The notes: generated by a model from the letters alone, not told the origin. DNA of 64,000 nt from Candidatus Poriferihabitaceae bacterium (GCA_965212085.1 OZ243042.1:2217990-2281989); one strand, 5' to 3'; shown: positions 9,800 to 18,474, counted from the stretch's first letter. Program-made: numbers and translations.

Positions 9800-11244
9800 T
9801 TTCGGGTCACCCTATCCGACAACTCCGCCGCATTCTTCACCAAATCCAGCGGCCCGTCCCAACCGAAATTCCGGTACACCGCGGCCAAGTGAGCGAACGG
9901 CGGCGACTGCGCGAACAGTTGAAAGGTCAGGCGGTGGCTGGCGTAGCCGGAGTTGAGCAGGTCGCGGGCGAAGGCCAGCAGTTTGCGGCGGTCTTCGGCG
10001 ACCCAGTTTTCGTTGATGGAGTAAAACTTGCTGAGCCATTGGCCGGTTTGTTCGGACTCAAAGGAGGCGGCGTCCGGGGTTACGCAAATTTGCCCGCCGC
10101 ACAACTCCCGCGCCACGTGCATCATCGCCGGCAGGTTGGCGCAGGCGTGTACGCGGCCGGTGAACAACAATGACTGGTTGGGCATCAGCAACCCGCTCGG
10201 ACTTGGCTCGCCGGTGGCGATGGATGCGGTCAGGTGGGCGTTGATGCCCTCGCGGTACACCGCCAGTTGCGCGAGTTTTTCCTGCACCGCCGGTTGGTTT
10301 TCGAGGCCGGTTTGTTTGATGTTCCAAAGCGCCGCGCCGATCATCAGGTCGGCGTAGGTCAGGATGCGCTGGACGAAGGGAAACGCGGAGTAGCGGTGCA
10401 GCGTGGCGCGAATGAAGGACGCGGCGCGGGTGTGGCGGTGGAAAAGCACGTCCTCCCAGGGGATTTGCACGTTGTCGAGGATGATCAAGGTGTCCACCTC
10501 ATCGAAGCGGTTGGACAGCGGATAGTCTTTGGCCGAGGCGTTGCCGGCGAAACCGGCGCGGCAGATGTGCTTGACCCCCGGCGCGTTCATCTTCAGGATG
10601 CAACCCACCGCGTAGTCGGAAAACGAGGCGTCTCCCCAGTTGGCGATGGTCGGTTTCAGGAACGCCTGATCCGAATACGCCGCCGCGGTCTCGTACTTTG
10701 CGCCGCGAATGACCAGGCCGCGGTCGTTTTCTTCAACCACGTGCACCAGCATATCGGGGTCCTGGTCCTGGGGTTTTTTGGAGCGGTCGCCCTTGGGGTC
10801 GGTGTTGGCGGAGACGTGGAACGGGTCGTTGCGGATGGCGGTTTTGATGTGGCGTTCAATGTTCTCGGCAAAGCGCGCATCAATTTCGTTGAGGATATCG
10901 GCGCCGTCCCACAACGACCACATCTCGCCGATGGTCTCGTCGCCGACCCGCGTGACCACGCCGCCGATGTCTTTCATCACCAGATCCACGGCGTTGCGTT
11001 TCGCCTCCCAGTGTTCGCGGGTTTTCGGCAGTTGCAACCCGACGGCGAAGCGTTCGCCGTCCTCCGCGTAGGTCATCGCCTCCCGCGTCGCCTCCTCGTG
11101 GGCGAGGTCGTAAATCCGCGCGCGAATATCCACCACCGGCTTGAACTGCGGGTGCGCGGTCACGTCGTCCACCCGCACGCCGTCCATATACACCTCCCGC
11201 CCGTCCCGCAGGCCGTTTCGGTATTGTTCGCCGGTTCTGATCAT
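9796..11244 (-). CDS. HpaB-family flavin-dependent monooxygenase oxygenase component / 4-hydroxybutyryl-CoA dehydratase-like protein
   Basis: 482 aa. N-terminus MIRTGEQYRNGLRDGREVYMDG.RV.DVT.HP is typical of the 4-hydroxyphenylacetate 3-hydroxylase family. First gene of the minus-strand operon. Confidence 0.7.
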   Translation of the reverse strand: MIRTGEQYRNGLRDGREVYMDGVRVDDVTAHPQFKPVVDIRARIYDLAHEEATREAMTYAEDGERFAVGLQLPKTREHWEAKRNAVDLVMKDIGGVVTRVGDETIGEMWSLWDGADILNEIDARFAENIERHIKTAIRNDPFHVSANTDPKGDRSKKPQDQDPDMLVHVVEENDRGLVIRGAKYETAAAYSDQAFLKPTIANWGDASFSDYAVGCILKMNAPGVKHICRAGFAGNASAKDYPLSNRFDEVDTLIILDNVQIPWEDVLFHRHTRAASFIRATLHRYSAFPFVQRILTYADLMIGAALWNIKQTGLENQPAVQEKLAQLAVYREGINAHLTASIATGEPSPSGLLMPNQSLLFTGRVHACANLPAMMHVARELCGGQICVTPDAASFESEQTGQWLSKFYSINENWVAEDRRKLLAFARDLLNSGYASHRLTFQLFAQSPPFAHLAAVYRNFGWDGPLDLVKNAAELSDRVTRK

Positions 11245-11280
11245 CTGCTCATAATCTCGTTACGCGTTAACTCCTCCGCC

Positions 11281-11585
11281 GTCATTCCCGCAGGATTTTA
11301 GCGGGAATCCAGTCCAACCGGTAGCGTAGTCGCTGACTTTCTGGATTCCCGATACGATGAAAAATATGGTCGCTATCGCTCCCTATTTTTCTATCGTTCG
11401 GGAATGACGGCAGAGGCGTAAGGAAGAACAAAGGAAGCAACCAAGCATCGCCGCTTTGACGCCGGATACCCACAAATGCGGGTATACACCGAGGAACGTG
11501 GCAACAACTCTGTCGTCATTCCCGAGCGTTAGTGTCCGTTGCCGCGCAAGCGGCTTACGGACACTTGGCGCTCTCGGGAATCCAG
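11281..11585. repeat. Mosaic intergenic repeat array R1 (units C, A-reverse, B-forward)
   Basis: Unit C at 11281-11312 is GTCATTCCCGCAGGATTTTAGCGGGAATCCAG. Unit A in reverse lies at 11341-11408. Unit B lies at 11464-11585, with its lead hairpin GGATACCCACAAATGCGGGTAT and the stem AGTGTCCGT...ACGGACACT. All units end in GTCATTCCCG / CGGGAATCCAG. Confidence 0.9.
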
Positions 11586-11712
11586 TTAACCACAAATCCC
11601 CCGAACCCGGAAATCGCCACCGGGGTTTTATGGCATAATTCCCGGCGTTTTTCTATGCTTGGCATTGCCAAATAACCATTCAATAACCGGCACGGGATAC
11701 ACGGGATACGGC

Positions 11713-12660
11713 ATGTGTGGAATCGTTGGTTTGTACTACAAAACCGCCGCCCTTGAAGGGCAGTTGGGGCGGATGCTGGCGGCGATGCTGGTGCAGATGA
11801 CCGATCGCGGGCCGGACAGCGCCGGGGTTGCGGTGTACCGCAATCCGGTGGCGGCGGGCGGCGTCAAAATTACCTTGCAATCCGCAGGCGCAAGCCCCAC
11901 TGAAACCGGAACCGGAACCGAAACCGACTGGAATCGCATCGGCGAGACCATCCGCGCCGAAATCGCCGCCGATGCCGTGCTTGCGCCGCTGGCCAACCAC
12001 GCGGTGCTGTCGCTGACCGGGGACGGCGATTGGGGCGCTGGCAGGGCCGCCGACTGGATCGAAGCCAACCTCGACGGCGTCAACATCACCAGCATCGGCA
12101 GCGCCATCGAAATCTACAAGGAAAAGGGCCTGCCCGCCGAGTTCATCACCCGCTTCCAACTGCACGACATGTCCGGCTCCCACGCCCTCGGCCATACCCG
12201 CATGGCCACCGAAAGCGCGGTCACCACCGAACATTCCCACCCGTTTTCCACCGGGCTGGATTTGTGCCTGGTACACAACGGCTCGCTCTCCAACCACAAC
12301 CGCCTGCGCGAAAAACTGCGCGCCGAAGGCATTCGGTTTTACACCGACAACGACAGCGAAGTGGCGGCCGGCTACCTGACCTGGCGATTGTCCCAGGGCG
12401 CCACCCTCGTGGAAGCCATGCAAGCGGCCCTCAAAGACCTCGACGGTTTCTACACCTTTGCCATCGGCACCCGCGACGGTTTCGCGGTGATGCGCGACCC
12501 CATCGCCTGCAAACCCGCGATCCTCGCCGAGACCGATGAATGGGTGGCGATGTCATCTGAATACCGCGCCATCGCCCAACTGCCCGGCAGCGAACGCGCC
12601 ACCATCTGGGAACCGCAGCCGGCGAAGATTTATAGTTGGCAGCATGAGCGGGCGGCATGA
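11713..12660 (+). CDS. mgsA: class-II glutamine amidotransferase, N-methylglutamate synthase subunit A-like
   Basis: Start placed at MCGIVGL, because class-II GATases need Cys as the first mature residue. The gene is followed by GXGXG and FMN glutamate-synthase-domain genes, with a gmaS-like gene nearby. Confidence 0.75.
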   Translation: MCGIVGLYYKTAALEGQLGRMLAAMLVQMTDRGPDSAGVAVYRNPVAAGGVKITLQSAGASPTETGTGTETDWNRIGETIRAEIAADAVLAPLANHAVLSLTGDGDWGAGRAADWIEANLDGVNITSIGSAIEIYKEKGLPAEFITRFQLHDMSGSHALGHTRMATESAVTTEHSHPFSTGLDLCLVHNGSLSNHNRLREKLRAEGIRFYTDNDSEVAAGYLTWRLSQGATLVEAMQAALKDLDGFYTFAIGTRDGFAVMRDPIACKPAILAETDEWVAMSSEYRAIAQLPGSERATIWEPQPAKIYSWQHERAA

Positions 12661-13367
12661 GCGGGGCCGCAAAAAAGCAACCCGTGGCGGCGGAATTCGA
12701 CCTCGCCGACGCCCCGGTGCGCGAACTCAACCACGCCTTGCACGCTGACGACTCCGAAGGCGCAAGCATGCGCGTACTGAACCCCGGCGGCAAACACAAC
12801 ATCGCAGTCGGCGCGCGCTTTGCCGGCGACATCGTCATTGACGGCCACGTCGGCTACTACTGCGCCGGGATGAATCAGAACGCCGAAGTCGTCATCAACG
12901 GCAACGCCGGGCCGGGGCTGGCGGAGAACATGATGTCCGGCAAGGTCACGGTCAAGGGCGACGCCTCCCAGTACTGCGGCGCCACCGCCCACGGCGGCTT
13001 GCTGGTCATTGAAGGCAATGCGGCGGCGCGCTGCGGCATATCAATGAAGGGCGTGGACATCGTGGTGGGCGGCTCCATCGGCCATCTGAGTGCGTTCATG
13101 GCCCAGCGCGGGCGGTTGGTGGTATGCGGAGACGCCGGCGATGCCCTCGGCGATTCCATCTACGAGGCGCGGATTTACGTGCGCGGCAAAGCCGGCAGCC
13201 GGGGCGCGGACTGCGTGGAAAAACCCATGCGGCGGGAACACCGGGCGGAACTCGCGGAACTGCTGCGCCGGGCCGGGTTTGACGGGATGAACGCGGACGA
13301 TTTCCGGCGCTACGGCTCGGCCCGAAAGTTGTATAACTTCAGCATAGACAACGCCGGGGCCTACTGA
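12657..13367 (+). CDS. mgsB: glutamate synthase GXGXG-domain protein, N-methylglutamate synthase subunit B-like
   Basis: Repeated beta-helix G-rich motif (INGNAGPGLAENMMSGKVTVKGDA...GGLLVIEGNA...). 4-nt overlap with mgsA. Confidence 0.75.
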   Translation: MSGAAKKQPVAAEFDLADAPVRELNHALHADDSEGASMRVLNPGGKHNIAVGARFAGDIVIDGHVGYYCAGMNQNAEVVINGNAGPGLAENMMSGKVTVKGDASQYCGATAHGGLLVIEGNAAARCGISMKGVDIVVGGSIGHLSAFMAQRGRLVVCGDAGDALGDSIYEARIYVRGKAGSRGADCVEKPMRREHRAELAELLRRAGFDGMNADDFRRYGSARKLYNFSIDNAGAY

Positions 13368-14689
13368 TGAGCAAAAACGTTGACCGCTCGTGGCTCACCG
13401 AATCGCATACCTTCCCGCGCCCGGTGATCCGCGAAATCCAGCGCGCCGCCCGCGAGGGCATCTACGACATTCGCGGCTTCGGTGCCAAGCGGCGGGTGCC
13501 GACCTTCGACGACCTGCTGCTGCTCGGCGCCAGCATGTCCCGCTATCCGCTGGAGGGCTACCGGGAAAAATGCGACACCACGGTTGCCCTCGGAACCCGC
13601 CACGCCCGCAACCCGCTCACCATCGCAACCCCCATCACCATCGCCGGCATGAGTTTTGGCGCGTTGTCCGCCCAGGCCAAGGAAGCCCTGGGGCGCGGCG
13701 CGTCTGAAGTGGGCACCAGCACCACCACCGGAGACGGCGGCATGACCCCCGAAGAGCGCCGCCACTCAGCCTTGCTGGTGTATCAATACCTGCCGTCTCG
13801 CTACGGCATGAACCCCGATGACCTGCGCGCCGCAGACGCCATCGAAATCGTCGTCGGGCAGGGCGCCAAACCCGGCGGCGGCGGCATGCTGCTGGGGCAG
13901 AAAATCACCAAGCGCGTGGCACAAATGCGCGACCTGCCCGAAGGCATAGACCAGCGCAGCGCCTGCCGGCACCCGGACTGGACCGGCCCAGACGACCTCG
14001 AAATCAAGATCCAGGAACTGCGCGAAATCACCGACTGGAGCGTGCCCATCTACGCCAAGGTCGGCGCCAGCCGCCCGTTCTACGACGTGCAACTCGCGGC
14101 CAAAGCCGGCGCCGACGTGGTGGTAGTGGACGGCATGCAGGGCGGAACCGCGGCCACCCAGGAAGTGTTCATCGAGCACGTCGGCATCCCCACCCTGCCG
14201 GCCACCCGCATGGCCGTGGAAGCCTTGAAGGACATGGGCCTGCACCGCGAAGTGCAACTCATCGTCTCCGGCGGCATCCGCAGCGGCGCCGACGTCGCCA
14301 AAGCCCTCGCCCTCGGCGCAGACGCCGTATCCATCGGCACCGCCGCCCTCATCGCCATGGGCGACAACAGCCCCGAATTCGAAGCCGACTACAACGCCAT
14401 CGGCACCAGCGCCGGCTACTACGACGACTACCAGCAAGGCCGCGACCCCTCCGGCATATCCACCCAAGACCCGGAACTCGGCCAACGCTTGAACCCCGAA
14501 ACGGCCGGGCGGCGGGTTGCGAACTATTTGCGCTGCCTGACCCTGGAAACCCAGACTTTGGCCCGCGCCGCCGGTAAAAGCGACGTGCGGAATTTGGAGC
14601 CGGAAGACCTCGTAGCCCTGACCGTGGAAGCCGCAGCGATGGCAAAAGTCCCGCTGGCGGGGACGGAGTGGGTGCCGGGAATGGGGTAG
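13367..14689 (+). CDS. mgsC: FMN-binding glutamate synthase family protein, N-methylglutamate synthase subunit C-like
   Basis: GltS FMN-domain motifs (IVVGQGAKPGGGG, VVVDGMQGGTAAT, SGGIRSGADVAKALALGADAV). Confidence 0.8.
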   Translation: MSKNVDRSWLTESHTFPRPVIREIQRAAREGIYDIRGFGAKRRVPTFDDLLLLGASMSRYPLEGYREKCDTTVALGTRHARNPLTIATPITIAGMSFGALSAQAKEALGRGASEVGTSTTTGDGGMTPEERRHSALLVYQYLPSRYGMNPDDLRAADAIEIVVGQGAKPGGGGMLLGQKITKRVAQMRDLPEGIDQRSACRHPDWTGPDDLEIKIQELREITDWSVPIYAKVGASRPFYDVQLAAKAGADVVVVDGMQGGTAATQEVFIEHVGIPTLPATRMAVEALKDMGLHREVQLIVSGGIRSGADVAKALALGADAVSIGTAALIAMGDNSPEFEADYNAIGTSAGYYDDYQQGRDPSGISTQDPELGQRLNPETAGRRVANYLRCLTLETQTLARAAGKSDVRNLEPEDLVALTVEAAAMAKVPLAGTEWVPGMG

Positions 14690-14713
14690 AATGACAGTAT
14701 GAAAAAATATCCT

Positions 14714-15149
14714 TCATTTCCGAATGATATAAATGCGCCGTCATTCCCGAACGATAGAAAAATAGGGAGCGATAGCGACCGTTTGTTTCATTGCTATTCG
14801 GGAATCCAGAAATTAAACCAGCGGTGTCGGCGGTGGGTCGTGCGGCGCTGGATTCCCGAGTACGCAAGTGTCCGTAAGCCGCTAACGCGGCAACGGACAC
14901 TAACGCTCGGGAATGACGGCAGAGTTGTTGCCACGTTCCTCGGTGTCATACCCGCGCATGCGGGTATCCAGTTTTATATGGTTCGGCGGGGGTGGGCGTA
15001 GGGACAGATCGCGACCTGTCCGCATTTGCCAGTGAATTAGTGAACCTATAGAATTCCCACGACAATATGACCTACTCCGCTGTCATTCCCGAACGATAGA
15101 AAAATAGGGAGCGATAGCGACCGTTTGTTTCATCGTATCGGGAATCCAG
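14714..15149. repeat. Mosaic intergenic repeat array R2 (partial A, A-forward, B-reverse, D-like hairpin, A-forward)
   Basis: Unit A lies at 14740-14809 and again at 15072-15149. Unit B in reverse lies at 14848-14969 and includes an intact CGCTCGGGAATGACGGC site. A hairpin GGGACAGATCGCGACCTGTCC lies at 15001-15021. Confidence 0.9.
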
Positions 15150-15187
15150 ATTAAAATGCAAATTGTATTCATTCACCAAAATCAGAG

Positions 15188-16303
15188 ATGGACATGAAAC
15201 AGATGACTAAAATGAATATGGTATGGATTGCAGTTGCAAAACTTTTGCACTCGCATACCGCTTCGTTTGTTACAAAGAAGGATATTGATGAATTAGTATT
15301 TAAGTTATTCCAAACCAAAATAACCCCAGCGATGATTAACAGCCACTTGGTCAGCTCGGTGGATCGTCAAGCTGACAAGGCAAACCCACAACGTGGTGGT
15401 AGTCGCAATCGGTATTTGTACAAAGAAAATAACGGTAAATTTCGCTTGTATAAAGAGGCGGATGGTATTCATGATGGTTGGGAAAAAACCGGTCGGATTT
15501 GTCCGTCAATAGACGACATGCCATCCGAGTACCATTATCTTGTTACGTGGTACCAGACCGAGTATTTTCGCATGGTTACAAAATTTTCGAAAACATCGCC
15601 GGAAGTAATCAACGCAAAACTTGGTAGATTTCCGACTATCATCAAATCTGTTACGCGTGTAAACGGTAGTAAATATCGACCGGGCTTCTACTATGAGGAT
15701 ATGTATGAAATAGAAACAGAAGACGGCGTCTACATAAATGACGGCGTTCGCCAAAAAAGAGATAACTTCACCTGGAAAATTAATGAGCGAGTAGAAGTAT
15801 CAACCAATAAAGACTCGCCTAGGGAAAATCTTCCAGAAATACCTTGGCGTTGGATTAACTTAAAGGCTAATGTTTCAAAACAAAAAAATGAAGAAGAATC
15901 CACATTCATAAAACTTGAAGACGTATTGCAAGGCGAAATTCCCGCCAAACATTGTTATGTTTACAAACTCGAAGTCGGCCCAGAAATTTATGTTGGCTTT
16001 ACGAGCAAAGACCCTAAAAGCCGAATTGACAAACATATTGAGCACTCGAAAAACAACGCACCGCAAGAAGTAAATAAAGCATTACGCAAATGGGGCTACC
16101 ATCACACTTGGGAAATTATTGGTAAATACGAAAATGAAATACTTGCCCTGTTAGCGGAGAAGATTCATATTGTAAAATTAAAAGCTACTTTGAATAAATC
16201 TGCCGGCGGCGAGGGTGATAATTTTAAAATTGTGGAAGAAAAATGTGAAACTGGTGAAGAAATACTTTATGTTCATGACAAGAACGGCATATTGACAAAG
16301 TAA
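15188..16303 (+). CDS. orphan GIY-YIG nuclease-domain protein with an uncharacterised N-terminal region (possible winged-helix)
   Basis: AT-rich 371-aa ORF. The C-terminus CYVYKLEVGPEIYVGFTS...R..KH fits the GIY-YIG core. The N-terminal 80 aa (..KDIDELV...NRYLYKENNGKFRLY) resembles Mrr_N-type wHTH domains. The middle region is not recognised. Confidence 0.6.
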   Translation: MDMKQMTKMNMVWIAVAKLLHSHTASFVTKKDIDELVFKLFQTKITPAMINSHLVSSVDRQADKANPQRGGSRNRYLYKENNGKFRLYKEADGIHDGWEKTGRICPSIDDMPSEYHYLVTWYQTEYFRMVTKFSKTSPEVINAKLGRFPTIIKSVTRVNGSKYRPGFYYEDMYEIETEDGVYINDGVRQKRDNFTWKINERVEVSTNKDSPRENLPEIPWRWINLKANVSKQKNEEESTFIKLEDVLQGEIPAKHCYVYKLEVGPEIYVGFTSKDPKSRIDKHIEHSKNNAPQEVNKALRKWGYHHTWEIIGKYENEILALLAEKIHIVKLKATLNKSAGGEGDNFKIVEEKCETGEEILYVHDKNGILTK

Positions 16304-16358
16304 ATTCCGATACAATACAAGGCAAATTAAACCGATTATTTTATCGATAGGTAGCATC

Positions 16359-17666
16359 ATGACCACTAACCTAACCACCATCGCAAAAGAGCGAAACATC
16401 CAATACTTCCTAATCAGTTTCGTGGACCTGTTCGGCACCCTGCGGGCCAAACTCGTGCCGGCGCGGGCTATCGGTGATATGCAGAAAGACGGCGCCGGGT
16501 TTGCCGGGTTTGCTTCGTGGCTGGACATGACGCCGGCGCATCCTGATATGTTTGCGATGCCGGATCCGGACAGTTTGATTCAGTTGCCGTGGAAGCCGGA
16601 GGTGGCGTGGTTGGCGAGTGATTTGTGGATGGACGGCCAGCCGGTGGATGCGTCGCCCAGGGTCGCGCTCAAGCGGCAGATTATTGCGGCGTATGAAATG
16701 GGCTACCGACTCAAGACCGGGGTGGAGTGTGAATACTTTCTGATCACGCCGGACGGAAACAACATTTCAGACTCGCGGGACACCCAGGCCAAGCCGTGTT
16801 ACGACCAGTCGGCGTTGATGCGCCGCTTTGATGTGATTTCGGCGATTTGCGATAGCATGATCACGCTCGGCTGGGGGCCGTACCAGAACGACCACGAGGA
16901 CGCCAACGGCCAGTTTGAAATGAACTGGGACTACGACGATTGCCTGGTGACCGCCGACCGCCACGTGTTTTTTAAGTACATGACCCGGCAGATCGCCGAG
17001 GATCACGGCTTGCGCGCCACCTTCATGCCCAAGCCGTTTTCGCACTTGACCGGCAACGGCTGCCACGCCCATGTATCGTTGTGGGATCAGGCCGGCGAAA
17101 AAAACCGCTTCCACCACAATAGCGATGAACTCGGCCTGTCGCAACTGGCCTACCGGTTTCTCGGCGGCATCATGCACAACGTCGAAGGGCTGGCCTCGAT
17201 CTTCAATCCCACGGTGAACAGTTACAAGCGCATCAACGCGCCGCGCACGCAGTCGGGCGCGACCTGGGCGCCCAACGCGGTCAGTTATTCGGGCAACAAC
17301 CGCACCCACATGATTCGCGTCCCCGACAAGGGTCGCTTCGAAATGCGCCTGATGGACGGCGCCGCCAATCCGTATTTGATGCAGGCCGGCATCCTCGCCG
17401 CCGGCCTGGACGGCATCAAACACAAACGCGACCCCGGCAAGCGCCTCGATATCAACATGTACACCGACGGGCACAAACCCAAAGGCTTAAAAAAACTGCC
17501 GCTCAACCTGCTGGACGCCATCCGCGCCACCGAAAAAAGCCAGACCCTCAAGGACGAACTCGGCGCCGAGTTGGTGGAGAGTTACTGCAAACTCAAGCGC
17601 GAGCAATGGAACGAATACACCCGCGCCATCAGCCAGTGGGAATACGACCACACGCTGGACTGCTAG
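16359..17666 (+). CDS. gmaS: glutamine synthetase family protein, gamma-glutamylmethylamide synthetase-like
   Basis: 435 aa with a GS catalytic domain (NGCHAHVSLW, NSYKRI, R.PD.GRFE.R). Lies downstream of mgsABC. Confidence 0.75.
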   Translation: MTTNLTTIAKERNIQYFLISFVDLFGTLRAKLVPARAIGDMQKDGAGFAGFASWLDMTPAHPDMFAMPDPDSLIQLPWKPEVAWLASDLWMDGQPVDASPRVALKRQIIAAYEMGYRLKTGVECEYFLITPDGNNISDSRDTQAKPCYDQSALMRRFDVISAICDSMITLGWGPYQNDHEDANGQFEMNWDYDDCLVTADRHVFFKYMTRQIAEDHGLRATFMPKPFSHLTGNGCHAHVSLWDQAGEKNRFHHNSDELGLSQLAYRFLGGIMHNVEGLASIFNPTVNSYKRINAPRTQSGATWAPNAVSYSGNNRTHMIRVPDKGRFEMRLMDGAANPYLMQAGILAAGLDGIKHKRDPGKRLDINMYTDGHKPKGLKKLPLNLLDAIRATEKSQTLKDELGAELVESYCKLKREQWNEYTRAISQWEYDHTLDC

Positions 17667-17682
17667 GCCACAGGATACCGCC

Positions 17683-18474
17683 ATGCCCACCCAAAGGATT
17701 TTGTTTCTCGCCGCCGCGTTTCTCGGTTGCGGTTTATTTTTCGGCGCGACCGGAAGCGGGTTCACGCAGACCCTCGATGACGCCGTCGAGGAAGCGGTGC
17801 AAGGCGCGCGCGCGGGAGCCGTGTCGCAGTTGCGCGTGGACGAGTTGGATGACGAAGCGCGCGCCTTGTTTGCCGAATACCGCACGGTGTTGCGCCGCGT
17901 TGAGACCCTGGAGAGTTACCGCGACCGCCTGCAACAACTGGTCGGCGACCAGCAGGACGATATTCGCCGCCGTGAAAAAAACATTGCCAACGTGCAGAAT
18001 TTTGAGCGCGACCTGTTCCCGGCCATGGAGCGCATGACCGATGCCCTCGAGCGTTTTGTCGGCGCCGACCTGCCTTTTCTGCCCGAAGAACGCAGCGCGC
18101 GCGTGGCGCGGTTGAAACAACTTTTGACGCGCTCCGACGTGACCGCGTCTGAAAAATTCCGCCAGTTGATGGAAGCCTTTCAAGTGGAAAGCGACTACGG
18201 CCGCACCATTGAAGCCTGGCGCGGCAACATAAACCAGGGCCACGCCGAACGCGTGGTGGATTTCCTGCGCGTGGGGCGCAGTTTGCTGGTGTACCAAACC
18301 CTCGACGGCGCCGAGTCGGCGCGGTGGGACGCCGCCACCGCCGCGTGGCATCCGCTGGAAGACGACTATCGCGCCGACATTCGCCGTGGCTTGCGCATCG
18401 CGCGCAAGCAGACCACCCCCGGCCTGTTGTTGCTGCCATTCAGCGCGCCGGTTGCGCGGGAGGATTTGCAATGA
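17683..18474 (+). CDS. DUF3450 family periplasmic protein (TtpB-like component of TonB2-type systems)
   Basis: Signal peptide, coiled-coil region, then PFLPEER..R...L motif. First gene of a TonB2-type cluster. Confidence 0.7.
   Translation: MPTQRILFLAAAFLGCGLFFGATGSGFTQTLDDAVEEAVQGARAGAVSQLRVDELDDEARALFAEYRTVLRRVETLESYRDRLQQLVGDQQDDIRRREKNIANVQNFERDLFPAMERMTDALERFVGADLPFLPEERSARVARLKQLLTRSDVTASEKFRQLMEAFQVESDYGRTIEAWRGNINQGHAERVVDFLRVGRSLLVYQTLDGAESARWDAATAAWHPLEDDYRADIRRGLRIARKQTTPGLLLLPFSAPVAREDLQ

Noticed and set aside
11281-15149. Possibility that the recurring ~70-bp units form a CRISPR array.
   Set aside because: The units are of several different types, occur in both orientations and have irregular spacing. 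Their internal hairpins are unlike CRISPR repeats. There are no unique spacers of constant length and no cas genes in the window.
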